A DNA stretch of 64,000 bases from Eledone cirrhosa (GCA_964016885.1 OZ024756.1:31930001-31994000); one strand, 5' to 3'; shown: positions 1 to 13,924, counted from the stretch's first letter. Notes: generated from the letters alone by a model not told the origin. Made by a program: numbers and translations.

Positions 1-110
1 AGATATGCTTCGAAATGCCTTAATAAAGATATTAACAAAACATGCGAAAGAAGGGGGAAATACCAGCGCCTTATACACATGTATACACAAACGAACACAC
101 ACACACACGT

Positions 111-200
<90 letters not shown>

Positions 201-501
201 GAATATTAAGTTACTGAATGGGTTTAAGGAATGAATATAAAAACAAGATATGAAATCATATTTGATTGTGTGGTAATCAGTGGAAGTGAAAACATGTTAT
301 CTGGCGTTTTTCTTTAGAAATCTGGTGTGGAGAAGAGAAACGAAACGGAAGGGGCACTGAAATATAAAGAAAAATAAGGCTTTCATATGTGGACAGATAG
401 GCAGAAATTGAAGAACTTAGAATAATAGAAGAAAGTGGTTAATGTACCCTCTGAGAAAGCGGTTAAATTGTAAACACTTTATCAGATATATATATATATA
501 A

Positions 502-614
<113 letters not shown>

Positions 615-844
615 TCACAAAAACATAAGATTAATATTTATTAACATGTATGCTTAAATCTCGCAATTTGTTTTGTGTGTGAGACATTTACTGACAATAA
701 ATAGCCACCTATCTTATTCTTGGAGTGATGTGGTCTTAAAATTGAAATTCCCTGTTCCTTGCAATCGAAATCTATGTATTGGTCTTTGTAGCGTTCAGAC
801 CAGCTTTGGAGTAGTAGAATAGAAATTCTTCTGTTACTAATAAT

Positions 845-1250
845 GCTTCCATTTGTAACAGCTATCTATATTCAACTATCTTCAGCTATGAGTAATTTTC
901 AACGATTTTCAAGCACGAATCATTTTAAACCATCTTAAAACAAGAACCATTTTCAGCCATTTTAAAACGCAAACCACGTTCACTCATCATAAAACACGAA
1001 CAATTACAAGCCATTTTTAGACACAAACATTTATCAACCATTTGTAAACATGAACCAATTTGAACCGCCATTTTAATGCACAAACCACGTTCACCCATCT
1101 TATAACACGAACAATTACCAACCATTTGTAAACACGAACATTTATCAACCATTTGTAAACATGAACCATTTTCAACCAACTTCAAACACAAACCACTATC
1201 AGCCATTTTCAAACATGAACCATTTTTAACCATCTTTAACTTCAACCTTT
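845..1250. repeat. Degenerate 27-bp minisatellite (9-codon period on the minus strand)
   Basis: ORF 925-1254(-) reads KMVKNGSCL/KMADSGLCL/KLVENGSCL/QMVDKCSCL and so on. The units continue past the stop at 925 (KMV*NDSCLKIVENYS*LKIVEYR*). Confidence 0.85.
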
Positions 1251-2059
1251 TCACTTAGAAATCGTTTTTATATATCTGCAACGACGAGCAGTTTGCATTT
1301 AAAACATGATTCAGATCGAGATTGAATTCCTTTTCCAGTTAATGGGATGCTATCACATCCTTACAAGAAGTGAACGAACTCGTAGTAATGTTTATATATC
1401 TATATCTTGATTACTATTCCATATAAAACTTTCCACAAGTCTGTTCAATTTGCTACTATATAAGATTAAAATAAACGAAAAATAAAACAACAACAAAAAA
1501 AAAACTGTGATAACGTCTTAAAAGATATGAAGAGGTTTGTTTCTAGATCGCATGTCACACGATATAAAATTGATTTTCAATGCTATAAATATTGTTAATT
1601 AGTTGTAAGATTAATGAGTAGTAACTACAGAATTAATATTTTACAAGAAATATCTCTATGGAAAAACAAATATGCAATCGTTATTTGATGGGTTTTAATA
1701 TTTCATTGCAAGCAATAATGTTGACCCGCACCAAACCCCGGAACTGTAAATTAAAACGAAAGTGAGAAAATATTTGTGGATTTATTAAAGAAACCGTTTA
1801 CTTTTGTTGTTTTTTCTCAAGAGATATTGGTGTTGCGTGACTGACGTGACACACGTGGGAGTATTTCACTGATGCGAATTCTAAATCTCGTAAATACAAA
1901 CGCATAAATACATATATATATATATATTGAAATACATACATGCGCACAAATACACACACACACGTACACACGCACACACACACGTGCGAACACACATACA
2001 CCCACCCCCCACACACAGATATATATACATACGCATAAATACATATATATATATATATG

Positions 2060-2395
2060 CACAAAAATATATACACATACATATTATACATTGAAATACA
2101 TATATGTGCAAAAATATATACGCATGCATATAGACATTGAAATATATACAAACATGCGCAAAAATATATATACATACATATATACATTGAAATAAATACA
2201 TATATGAGCAAAAATATATACACGTACATATATATATTGAAATATATACATATATGCGCAAAAATATATACACATACATATTATACATTGAAATAAATGC
2301 ATATATTAGCAAAAATACATACACATACACAATATATACATGCGCATAGATGCATGTATATGCATATATACATTGCAATACATACATGCGCAAAA
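2060..2395. repeat. ~44-48 bp AT-rich minisatellite
   Basis: Recurring unit aaaaatatatacacatacatattatacattgaaatacatatatgtgc, about 6-7 diverged copies. Confidence 0.75.
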
Positions 2396-2714
2396 AACAG
2401 ACACAAACATATCTATATTCCCATAAATAAATATATATTCTCATGAACACATTAACAAATGAATGTAGTCAAGTGTTCTACCATCTAAAATTAAGTAGGA
2501 TACATTAAAAAATGTTGATTCTGATATAAAAACGTATTGGATGGTCACAAATGGAACGCCGTTAGTCAGAAATCGCATCAATATATTAGAACATCGTACA
2601 AGGACAATTAATTTTTCGAAATTAAAGAAATCATTATTTGAAACGAAGTAATATTTCAACAGAGACAAGTAAACAGCTTTCTTACACACACACAAATATA
2701 TAAACATATACATG

Positions 2715-2789
<75 letters not shown>

Positions 2790-3273
2790 GTATGTGTGTG
2801 TGTGTGTGTAATTTTTAAAAATTTCGTAAATGCTTTTTTTATGTATATATATATATATATGTATGTATGTAAAAGGTAAACAGAAATAACAGCGCAATCG
2901 GTACAGTATATGGAAGGAATATATTAGGTTAACGCTTGAAATAGCAAGAGGAGGTTCTTAACGTTTTGGAAGAAAGAATGAGAAATTAGATATATTGAAG
3001 GAAAGAGTGGGGTGGAATTGGAAAGAAATGTCTTTAGATGACGATAACAGGTTCATTTATGTTGCCATCTCTTGGAAAACTGTTGATACTGGCGTTTTTT
3101 GTGATATATTATTTTTAGAAAAGTGGATGATGGAGCGCCTCTACCTGAAATGGAAAAAAAAACGTTTTGTATAAAGAGATATACTTGTGCGCGTGCGCAT
3201 GCGTGTGTGTGGTATGTATATATATATATATACACACACATATATATATATACAATATATATTATATATACAA

Positions 3274-3304
<31 letters not shown>

Positions 3305-3532
3305 CATATATATATAAATACATATATATATATATCCATATATATATATATATATGTGGAATACTGTTGGCTTCTTGCTACAATACTTTCTATACCTTTA
3401 TTTTATATATATATATTTATATTCATAATTAAATTTAAACACCAAGTGTATTTCATGCATATTTAAACCCTGTTCAACTCTGACCGTTGAATCCTATGAT
3501 CAAACGTATTCCAGATATGGTCAGTCCGCATT

Positions 3533-3605
3533 TAAAGTGGATATAAAGTGGATATAAAGTGGATATAAAGTGGATATAATGTGGATATAAAGGGGATATA
3601 AAGTG
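3533..3605. repeat. 11-bp tandem repeat (TAAAGTGGATA) x ~6.5
   Basis: Directly visible tandem units. Confidence 0.9.
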
Positions 3606-3645
3606 AACTAGGCACTACATGATCATATGTATTATTTTAAGATAA

Positions 3646-3835
3646 GGGCGGTGGATTGGTAGTATCGGTAGAGGATCGGACGCCATGCTTTCCAGCATAG
3701 TTACATCCCTTTACGATCTGAGTTCAAATCCCGCCGAGGTAGACCTTGCCTTTCATCCTTACGGGGTCGATAAAATAAAGTACCAGTAATGCACTGGGTG
3801 ATTGCTGGCCTTGTGCCTAAAGTAGAAACAATTAT
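3646..3835 (+). mobile_element. tRNA-derived SINE family A, full-length, short-tail type
   Basis: Head ggcggtggattgg(c/t)agtatcggtagag (A-box-like), B box gagttcaaatcc, body ttgcctttcatccttacggggtcgataaaataaagtaccag, tail ctggccttgtgcctaaagtagaaacaatt. Many near-identical copies occur in the window. Confidence 0.9.
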
Positions 3836-4415
3836 TTTAAGAGAATTTAACTGCTATTCTTAGCTGATCGAAAGCATACATGTACTTTCCTCTATTGATT
3901 TATATATATAATGTGTATAAGTTCTATGGTTGGTGTACATATATACGTGTGTGTCAAAGTTTATAAGTTTGTCGTTCTAGCAACTGCAGCAACACCATCA
4001 GCACCAATAGCAGACCTTGTTTTCATCAGTTTAGTCAAGTCAATGCGAATAAGAAAAAATATTGTTCAACTTCGAAAATCCAGTTTTTACATTAAAAAAA
4101 GCATTTACGAAATAAACACACACCCACACACATATATATATATATACAAACATCTCTCTCTATCTCTCTTTCTTTCTGCCCCCTCTCTCTAACACACACA
4201 CACACTCACACACACATAAACACACACACATATATTTATATATCCTATAACTAGAAAAAAAAAAGTACTTTGTAAAATAATAAAAATTCGCAAGAAGCAA
4301 ATATACATGACGTATAAATAAACAGGCTGCATATGTATATATACTCGTAGATGTATGTATACAGGCTGCATGTTTATATGTAAATGTATGTGCACAGGTT
4401 GTATGTGTTTATGTA

Positions 4416-4447
<32 letters not shown>

Positions 4448-4509
4448 CTGTATATATATATATATATATATATGTGCACAGGCTGTATGTGTTTATGTAT
4501 ATATATATA

Positions 4510-4543
<34 letters not shown>

Positions 4544-5616
4544 CTATATATATATATATACATACATATATATATTAAGAATATATGTCTACAGGCTCTC
4601 TGTCTATGTGTAAATACATGTATGTCGGCAGTATGCTTATCTGTAGATATATGTATACGTGCATTGGGTGTTTTAATAAATACATGTATTTAGTTCTATA
4701 TTGGGAAGTTAGAGAAAGTTTTCAATTTTAATTTCTTTTTCGAAATAAAACAAGTAACCCGAAAAATTCGAATTTGAACAAAAAATGAAACAACAACAAA
4801 CAAAGGAAAACATTTCAGAAAAAGTAACATACAACAACAGCAAAAATACATACACATAAATAGTTTTTACGGCGGAAGGAAATATTGAAAAAAAAACTGA
4901 AGTAGTTCGTTCCTCAGAGAGTATTTCTACATAATTTCTTCTCGCGGAAAACGTTAAAATGTTTAATAGTTAAAAAAGTGTAATATGGCTCTTAGAATGT
5001 GAAATCACATATAGCATATATATATTTTGATATCAGAGGACATCTGAGGGCATATTAGGACATCTGAGAAAATCTGAAAGTATCTGAGGACACACAAATG
5101 CGTTTATATTGATAAATACTTCGTTTGTTCAACCAAAATTCTATATGTGTACACTAACACAAACTACGCATAAGTTTACTTGTATATTTAAAGGAACGGT
5201 TTCGTTTATGGTAAAACTAAATTAGATATCATTATGCAAACACACAATTATAACAGTGTTCCCTCTCCTGCCTGTGAAACAAAATAATTCCCAATATCTT
5301 CCCCTCAATTACCAAGCTGATAAACATTGAAACACCGATCGAGCCGAAATATTCAGCAAATGTAGAAAATTTCGTCGGCGGAGTATCGCCGGAAAAAGAC
5401 GGAAAAAAAGTGGCCAGATGTATTCATGTCTATCTTTCTGCCTTCTAGATTTTCTAATCTCTCTCTCTCACCGTATATATATACCGTATATATATCGAGG
5501 TCAATCGAGAGTAATCTCAGTTAGTAAGATACTCAATACATTAGTAGAGTATTAAGTTTAATATAGAAATGGGTGAAACAGTTCTAGCCTTGCAGAAACC
5601 ATTTCTATATTAAACA

Positions 5617-5698
<82 letters not shown>

Positions 5699-5767
5699 AT
5701 ATATATATATATATATATATATAGCTTCCTGTCTTTTGTTTTATTTCATTTATTAATTATACATGTA

Positions 5768-5806
<39 letters not shown>

Positions 5807-6896
5807 ATCATCAAACAATAATATTTGTGTTTTCATCAGATAAAACATGATTTTTGAAATGCGCATAATAAAATATATATATATATATATATATATATAA
5901 TTGTATATGTATGTACATATATATATATATGCATAACCTATTGTGTAAACACATGTCATCGATAACAAGAGTGAGAGAGAAGGAGAGAGAGAGAGAGAGA
6001 GAGAAAGATGGAGAGAGAGAGGTGTAGAGTAAGAATGAGAGTATGTTACTGTTAGCATAGTTATTAATTGACTAATTGCCTTATCTACAATTGACGTATA
6101 ACTTCAATTCGTTTGCTAGAAGTTCTTATTCAAACAAGTTTCAACAAGCTTTTTTTTTTGATTTTTGTCTTCTAATTTTCTAAGACATTGTAATCAATCA
6201 ATTTGTTTCAAGTTAGAAGAAGTAGATTAAAAGCCAGTTCTGATTCGTTTAAATGCGAACCAGAAAAGACTGAAATGATTGTATAAAATTTTACACAGAA
6301 TATCTACACTCAGTGACCATCGACTGTGTCATTTAGGCTCCTTGTAATCAATTGAAAACAAGTACTTTCACTATCACTTTCCTTTCATGAACGACGTTTT
6401 CGTTGAGCTCCATAAAAAGACAGAAGACACACAATTCTAACAACCTCTGTGGCTTTAATGATATATCAATTACTACTGAAAAGAAACTATTGATGCAATG
6501 ACGATAATCAAAAGGCAACTCTTTCTTTTTATTCCATTTTTCTCTCTCTGTCTATATATATATATATTTTCTTTTCTTTGCTAAACTAAATACATTAATA
6601 GATCAGGTTCTTTGCTTAAGACAACTTTAATCACGTATGTATGAAAATAAAACATTCACTTGCAGGAAGAACCTACTTTATCGCAAATAAAACTCAATTA
6701 TCGAAGAGACGTATAATGTATTAATGTATTCGCTTATTCATATAAGTTCCCTTGAATTTCTAGAATATATGGTTTAGGTTATAAAAATAAAGATATAGAA
6801 TAATAATATGCGATTTATATTCAATATACAGTTAATATGTACGTAGTGAAATGATCAGATAGAGGCGCCTTTTGTAATAGATTTAGGTACTCCAAT

Positions 6897-6897
6897 A

Positions 6898-6980
<83 letters not shown>
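6897..6980. repeat. (CTAT)n microsatellite
   Basis: Direct. Confidence 0.95.
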
Positions 6981-6982
<2 letters not shown>

Positions 6983-7046
6983 CTCACACTCTCTTTCTCT
7001 CTATATATATGTGTGCGAATGTATGTATGTACATATACAAAACATA

Positions 7047-7123
7047 CAGGGTGTCCATATAAATGTATACACACTTTGATTAAAATGCAGTTGAAGTGTG
7101 TATATATTTTTTGAGACACTATG
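7047..7123. mobile_element. 77-bp Tc1/mariner-type MITE
   Basis: TA-flanked, with imperfect ~31-bp TIRs cagggtgtccatataaatgtatacacacttt / gaagtgtgtatatattttttgagacactatg. Confidence 0.7.
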
Positions 7124-7125
7124 TA

Positions 7126-7192
<67 letters not shown>

Positions 7193-7194
<2 letters not shown>

Positions 7195-7760
7195 GGTGGC
7201 TGCCAACTCGTTTTCGAGTACGGCCACTACTTTATATCCATGTACCGATGCGCTGAACAAGCGTGATTTTTAGTCCAGCCAGCGACTTGAAAACTCTGGT
7301 ACAAACACTACACTTGTGACAATTATTGACACATGGTACCCATGGTACCATGTGATGACAAGTGCAGAGAGATCTCCAGATATAAAGCAATGCCTGTGCC
7401 GTGAAGCTTTTATAGTAAGCAAAGGCACTGCACAAAGCCAGTCCCACTCTCTTAACCAAGATGATATTTACCAAAAAGAAGAACAAGTCAACATCATTGG
7501 ATACCATCAGGGTTACAGGTGTTATATCAGAGTTTTCCTTCTCCTAGAATTCTGCCTTGACAAAGGCTAAGGGGTCATCTCTCCCGGTGATTTTGGATTG
7601 CCCTTTGACAGGTTATGTTTTTAGTCCTGCAGGATGTCCAAAGTCACCCTCCTCACCAAGAAACCTTGGTGGGGTTGCCAGTTTAGTCGCCAACGACCCG
7701 GCCATGGGACAGGTTATACTGGGATAGATGTTACCAGTAGCACCAACTGGTGACCTGACA
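7193..7760 (-). mobile_element. Probable internally deleted RTE-like LINE derivative
   Basis: GC-richer island between (TA)n tracts. The minus strand encodes a C-terminal zinc-finger-like remnant CHKCSVCTRVFKSLAGLK, and the 5' part is structured and UTR-like. Confidence 0.45.
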
Positions 7761-7969
7761 ATATATACATATATATATATACATACATATATATGTACAC
7801 CATACATTCAGCGGCGTTCCTTAGACTAGAGTATCACAGGAATCATTAATGAAATTCTACGCTGCATAAATTGTATATTTTTATTCCTCCCTCATTAATT
7901 AAATGCAAAAGACTGTGAATTATCACTAAAAACTGAATTTTAACGTGAGTAATTATATATATATATATA

Positions 7970-8180
7970 TATTATAATAAAATGACAGGAGGCTGGACTT
8001 GTGTAAATCCTTGAAACGTTTCTTATACTATGATCATCAGGTATTCGAAATATAATAGATAACTCCGAAATAGCACCACCAACTACAAAAACGAAGACGG
8101 TTGAACTGCTTTACGTTGAGTACTCTCCATATTATTACATTAAGATTGACCATACGGAATTGACCAGCTTCAAACCTGAA
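7970..8180 (-). mobile_element. PLE-like terminal fragment with a degenerate hammerhead core
   Basis: Minus strand CTGATGA...GAAAcgtttc. A diverged inverted homolog lies at ~39230-39405, and the terminus gcctcctgtcattttatt is shared with ~15605-15622. All abut (TA)n. Confidence 0.5.
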
Positions 8181-8928
8181 TATATATATATATATAAATA
8201 CTTAGGTTAGTAGGAGTTAGGTATTATATACCCGTGTCCCGTTAAGGTATTGGCAGCATATATGTATATATATATATAATTACTGACGTTAAAATTCAGT
8301 TTTGGGTGATAATTCGTAGTCTTTTGCATTTTATTAATGAATAATTTTAACGGGTCTCTTAAAACTAATAATTATTTCATTACTATAGTAGTAACACGAT
8401 ATATACCCCTTCTACAAAATAACTTAATCATTTAATATATATAGGAGCTCTTTAATATATAGATGTATATGGTATGATGTCATAGTAGGCGTATTTGGTG
8501 AGGTTGGTATCAAAATAGTTTTGGAAACCTACGTTGTGAACATCGCAACGTGAAAATGTAGTAATAAACGCATATTTTCTCTCCATCTTTTAACGAAGAA
8601 TTTAGCTTGACATCGTAACGACCCAATGAGTTACCAGTTAACCTTACATATTTAATATAGCTGACGTTTCTGGATCTCATATTAAGTTATATATTGCTTT
8701 TTCCATTTAATATTAAAGTTCTTTTGGTATTAACAGTACATATAGCAATATATGAAATACTGTAGTCGCTCTCTCCGCCAGTAAATTCTAGTGTTAGCTA
8801 TCGGAAGAAGGCAGAGCTACAGTGTATGAAAATTGTAACACACAAAAACACCCCATCCCACTTATATGGTTTAGGTAGGAATTTAAATGTATGTATATAT
8901 ACATAAACGTATACATGCACACACACAC

Positions 8929-8998
<70 letters not shown>

Positions 8999-9336
8999 AT
9001 ATATATATATATATTTATATATATGCACATATATACATACGTATGTATATGTAATGTAAAGTGAACATAAAATTTTAATTAATCAAAATTGCACCATTAG
9101 TGATAACATCAATAAACTGTCTAATTAATTAGATATATAATGTAACGAGGGAAAAGTACTTAGTGACACCTTTTGCATGAATCCGTAACAGTAGAGTAGC
9201 ATATGACGTAGTAAGACATGAGAAATTATAATTAAATTTAGTCAGCGATGAGAAAACATAATCAAAGCAAATAATAAACATATCATATGTATATCAGAGC
9301 AATAATAACAACAACAACAACAACAACAACAATAAG

Positions 9337-9535
9337 GGTTTCTTATATAGGCATAAGGCCAACAATTTTGGGGGTGGGGAAAGTCGATTAAATAGACTTG
9401 TAAATTATTGGTACTTAAATTATTGGTAATGTTATGACTGATACTTTATTTTATCGACCCCGTAAGGATGAAAGGCAAAGTTAACCTCGGTGGGATTTGA
9501 ACTCAGATCATAAAGGGCCGTAACTCTATGCTAGC
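9337..9535 (-). mobile_element. SINE family A, 5'-truncated, long-tail type
   Basis: tactttattttatcgaccccgtaaggatgaaaggcaaagttaacctcggtgggatttgaactcag. Confidence 0.85.
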
Positions 9536-9778
9536 AACTTAAAGCCAGTACAATACCAAAGATAGTCAGTGTACTTGGAATGATAAAAGAAAGGGAAGTG
9601 AGAAATATTTAGACAGGAGACCTGGAAAGACATCTTTGCTAGAGATATAGAAAATGGCTCTGTTAATGTCCTGAGAAGGACATTAACAATTTATTGTTGT
9701 CTACACCCTTGTGGCATTATTTGTATGACAATTGATTGTAAAATGTATGTATTATTATGTTTTGCCTTGGGTGTCACA
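9536..9778 (+). mobile_element. R4/Dong-like (RLE) non-LTR element 3' remnant
   Basis: Decayed LKASTIP..VSVLGMIK...LRRTL, similar to 15022-15252. The 3' UTR tttgccttgg(g/t)t(t)gtca is shared. Runs into (AAG)n. Confidence 0.55.
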
Positions 9779-9905
9779 AGAAGAAGAAGGGGGTGGAGGA
9801 GGAAAAGGAAGAGGAGGAGAAGAAGAAGAAGAAGAAGAAGAAGAAGAAGAAGAAGAAGAAGAAGAAGAAGAAGAAGAAGAAGAAGAAGAAGAAGAAGAAG
9901 AAGAA

Positions 9906-9936
<31 letters not shown>

Positions 9937-10135
9937 AAGAAGATGATGGCGAAGAAGAAGACGACGACAACGACGACGACAAAGAAGAAGAAGAAGAAGA
10001 AGAAGAAGAAGAAGAAGAAGAAGAAGAAGAAGAAGAAGAAGAAGAAGAAGAAGAAGAAGAAGAAGAAGAAGAAGAAGAACGCGGCGAAGAAAAAGAGGAA
10101 AACGAAGAAGAAAAAAAAGAAGAAGGAGAGCAGGT
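9778..10135. repeat. (AAG)n/(ACG)n compound microsatellite
   Basis: Direct; explains the poly-K/R/S/L ORFs. Confidence 0.95.
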
Positions 10136-10451
10136 AGAAGAGGCAAAGAAGGAAGAGGTAAAAAAAGTAAAGTAAATTTGAAATATAGTTTTAATGCCCT
10201 GAACATTATTAACGTCGAAGAAAAATACCCTGAAGGAATTATAGTAAATGTTGATTGGCTGTTTGGTTTAAAGAAAGATACATAAAGAAAAATGATTGAG
10301 AATTATAGAACTGACTTATATTTTTGTTAGGTTCGGAAGAAAAAACAACACATAAACAATTCGTTTCTATTCCTTTGTGTTTGAATACTTTGTTTCTGAA
10401 GACACTGTTGGTGCAATGTAAGATAATTTAAATTAAAAACTGATAGATTTT

Positions 10452-10540
10452 ATGTATGTATGTATGTATGTATGTATGTATGTATGTATGTATGTATGTA
10501 TGTATGTATGTATGTATGTATGTATGTATGTATGTATGTG
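10452..10540. repeat. (TATG)n microsatellite
   Basis: Direct. Confidence 0.95.
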
Positions 10541-11159
10541 TATGTTTATATATGTGTGTGTGTATGTATGTGGGTGTGTATGAATGTATGGATGTATGTA
10601 TATGTGTGTGTGTATGTATGTATGTGTATATATGTGTGTATGTGTGTATGTCTGTGCGCGTATATATATATATACACATGCGTACAAAGGAACATGCATA
10701 CACACACACACATACACACATACACACACACACACATATATATATATAGTTGTATATGAGAATTTATATACGTTCAATATATATATATATATGCGTATAT
10801 TTATATATGTATATATATATATATATAAATATATAAGTTTATATATTCATATATACATATATACATATATATATATGTATATATATATATGTATATATGT
10901 ATATATGTATATATATATATACACATACATATATATATATATATATACACATATATATATATATGTATAATCTCGGGAATTTTACCCGCCCTAGAATAGA
11001 ATATATATGTATACAGATATATATATGTATATATCTACGCATATACTTATAGGGAGACAAAGCGAAGTTTCAAAATGATCTATTTTACTAAAATATACCT
11101 TCGAGCCACGATAACATAAAGAAGAAATGTCATAAAATAATTTCTTTATTTATGTTACC

Positions 11160-11206
<47 letters not shown>

Positions 11207-11502
11207 TCATACATATATATATAATATTAGGGATACTATTTATGGTTATGTATATATTTAAACTTTTTATAGTTATGCATATTTTAAACCCTAAACAGTG
11301 AAGGTCAGTAATATATTACTACCTTATTACCAGTAAGATAAAATAGCTCAATGTAATAACATCAGTTGTTCTACAGCGCAGTTATATAGAATTCACAAGA
11401 ATCAAAGCTAGCTTTGATTCTTGTGAATTCTATAAATATATATATATATATACATACATATATATATGTATGTAAATATATATATATATATAAATACATA
11501 AA

Positions 11503-11578
<76 letters not shown>

Positions 11579-11960
11579 TGTGTGTGTGAATGTTTACGTG
11601 TGTGTATGCGTGCGTATAATATCCATATGAGGTTGACGGTTGAGGGAAAAAAGTACTTACTGCCGATGCAAAGTTTAAATATTCATTTTATTAAGGTTAA
11701 GAAAACTTACCCGATCCTATATATATATACAAATATGATTTAAGGTGAGATTGAATACATTTTTATATGTTGATGAGGAAATAAAAATGAAAATATATGA
11801 TCGTCTCTATATGAGGTGGCCTGGAAATGTTTCGGGCTGTATATAGAACGATCTATATAAAGAGTGGTCTGTATATCGGCTATAAATGAGATGGTCTGTA
11901 TATGAGATGGTTTCTATTTCGCCTGTACATGATTCTGTATATCGTCTGTGTATGAGATGG

Positions 11961-12003
<43 letters not shown>

Positions 12004-12068
12004 AAAAATTGAACAGGGACAGAACAGAGAGGCAGTACGACAAATGTTTATTAGATTCACGCTCCTAA

Positions 12069-12390
12069 CTCCCCTAAGGATGAAAGGCAAAGCTAGCCTC
12101 GGCAAGGATTTAACTCAGAATGTAAAGGGCCGTAACTATATGATGCAAAGCATGTTGTCCGATGGTTTGCCGATTCTGCCAATCCACCACCTGTTTCTTA
12201 TCAATGATTGTTTCTACGTTAGGCACAAGGCTCGAAGGTATATTTTAGTAAAATAGATCATTTTGAAACTTCGCTTTGTCTCCCTATAAGTATATGCGTA
12301 GATATATACATATATATATCTGTATACATATATATTCTATTCTAGGGCGGGTAAAATTCCCGAGATTATACATATATATATATATATATA
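12069..12390 (-). repeat. Chimeric templated inversion (reverse complement of 12681-12843 joined to reverse complement of ~10946-11107)
   Basis: Both halves match nearby sequence in reverse complement, and the junction shares GGC at 12229-12231. Confidence 0.9.
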
Positions 12391-12604
12391 GGATTGGCTG
12401 TACATCCTTTGTATAGGAGACGTTCCGTATCTATAGTAGCCTGTATATAAGAGGGTTTGTCTATTTGATGGTCTGTGTATGTGTTTGTGAATCGTTGTGT
12501 CCGAAAGTTGGGTGAAAAGTTCTTAGGCTGACCAAGATGCTCTCATGGAATGCCAAATTTAGATTTTCAACATAGTGCCTCTACAGAATCAATGCTATTA
12601 TTGA

Positions 12605-12950
12605 TGCCGAGGTTAACTTTGCCTTTCCTCCTTACGGGGTTGATAAAATAAAGTACCAGTAATACACTGGTTAATTGCTGGCCTTGTGCCTAACGTAGAA
12701 ACAATCATTGATAAGAAACAGGTGGTGGATTGGCAGAATCGGCAAACCATCGGACAACATGCTTTGCATCATATAGTTACGGCCCTTTAAATTCCGAGTT
12801 AAATCCTTGCCGAGACTAGCTTTGCCTTTCATCCTTAGGGGAGGTAGGGGGGGGGGATAAAATAAGTACCAGTAACTCACTGGAGTCGATTTAATCGACT
12901 TTCCCGTCTTCCAAATGTGTTGGGCTTGTGCCGAAATAAGAAATGATGAT
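12605..12950 (+). mobile_element. Two tandem SINE A copies (partial 12605-12709; 12720-12950)
   Basis: Same head, body and tail motifs as 3646-3835. Confidence 0.85.
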
Positions 12951-13656
12951 TAATAAGAAAAGTCGAAATTAATGCATGCAAGATTTCATAGTACTAGGAT
13001 CACTCCTTCATAGTCAGCCTATGGACCCCTCAGTAATCTTTCGTATAAGGGATTCATAGAATTTCCTTGCAGCACACTAAATCCATTGCGCTTATTCCTC
13101 TGATACGCTTGTAACCTTCCACAAAATTTAATCTGCACATTTGAGAAGAGATCATCTCATCTGTCGTTTCAAAGTGTGAATGTTATCTTAAAACTGATAA
13201 TGACTGTCTCTTATATTCATTCCTAAAACACTTTAAATGACACAATGATAAATGATTAATGTGCTAATAAAAACCGCAGGAGAAAATGGCAGCCCAGATA
13301 TCAAGTTAGGCGATATACTTCAATACCAAATTTAGTCAGATGACACGACATGTGGTCAATGCGTACGTTTTCCCCACGAATCTAAAGAAGATAGTAACAG
13401 CCAGTATTGTGCTCTAAGAAATTCATAAGAATTCATAGCATGGCTTTGTTAACAGGAAAAAAAGAATTTCAATTATTTTTTTGCTGGTATTTTGATATTT
13501 TGCTTTTAAAAGAAATGTTAAAAAGCATGGAATAACTGTTCATTCTCTCCATTAATCGTGTTGAGAATTTTAATTAGCAACAGGTAACGTATTGATATTA
13601 CAAGACGATTCTTTGAGAGTGGGTATAAAATAGAAGACAATTGGAAAGGTTAAAAA

Positions 13657-13688
<32 letters not shown>

Positions 13689-13804
13689 CATACGTACATA
13701 TATATACATACGTACAATGCGTAGATACATACATAAATACATACATCATGCATGTACACAGACACACATACACACACGTGTGTATATATACATATATACA
13801 TATA

Positions 13805-13868
<64 letters not shown>

Positions 13869-13924
13869 TATGTATATATGTATATATATATTTATATATT
13901 TATATATATATATGTATATATATA

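Noticed and set aside
2821-4113. ~25-bp inverted match (atttcgtaaatgcttttttt / aaaaaaagcatttacgaaat)
   Set aside because: Too short and A/T-rich to interpret on its own.
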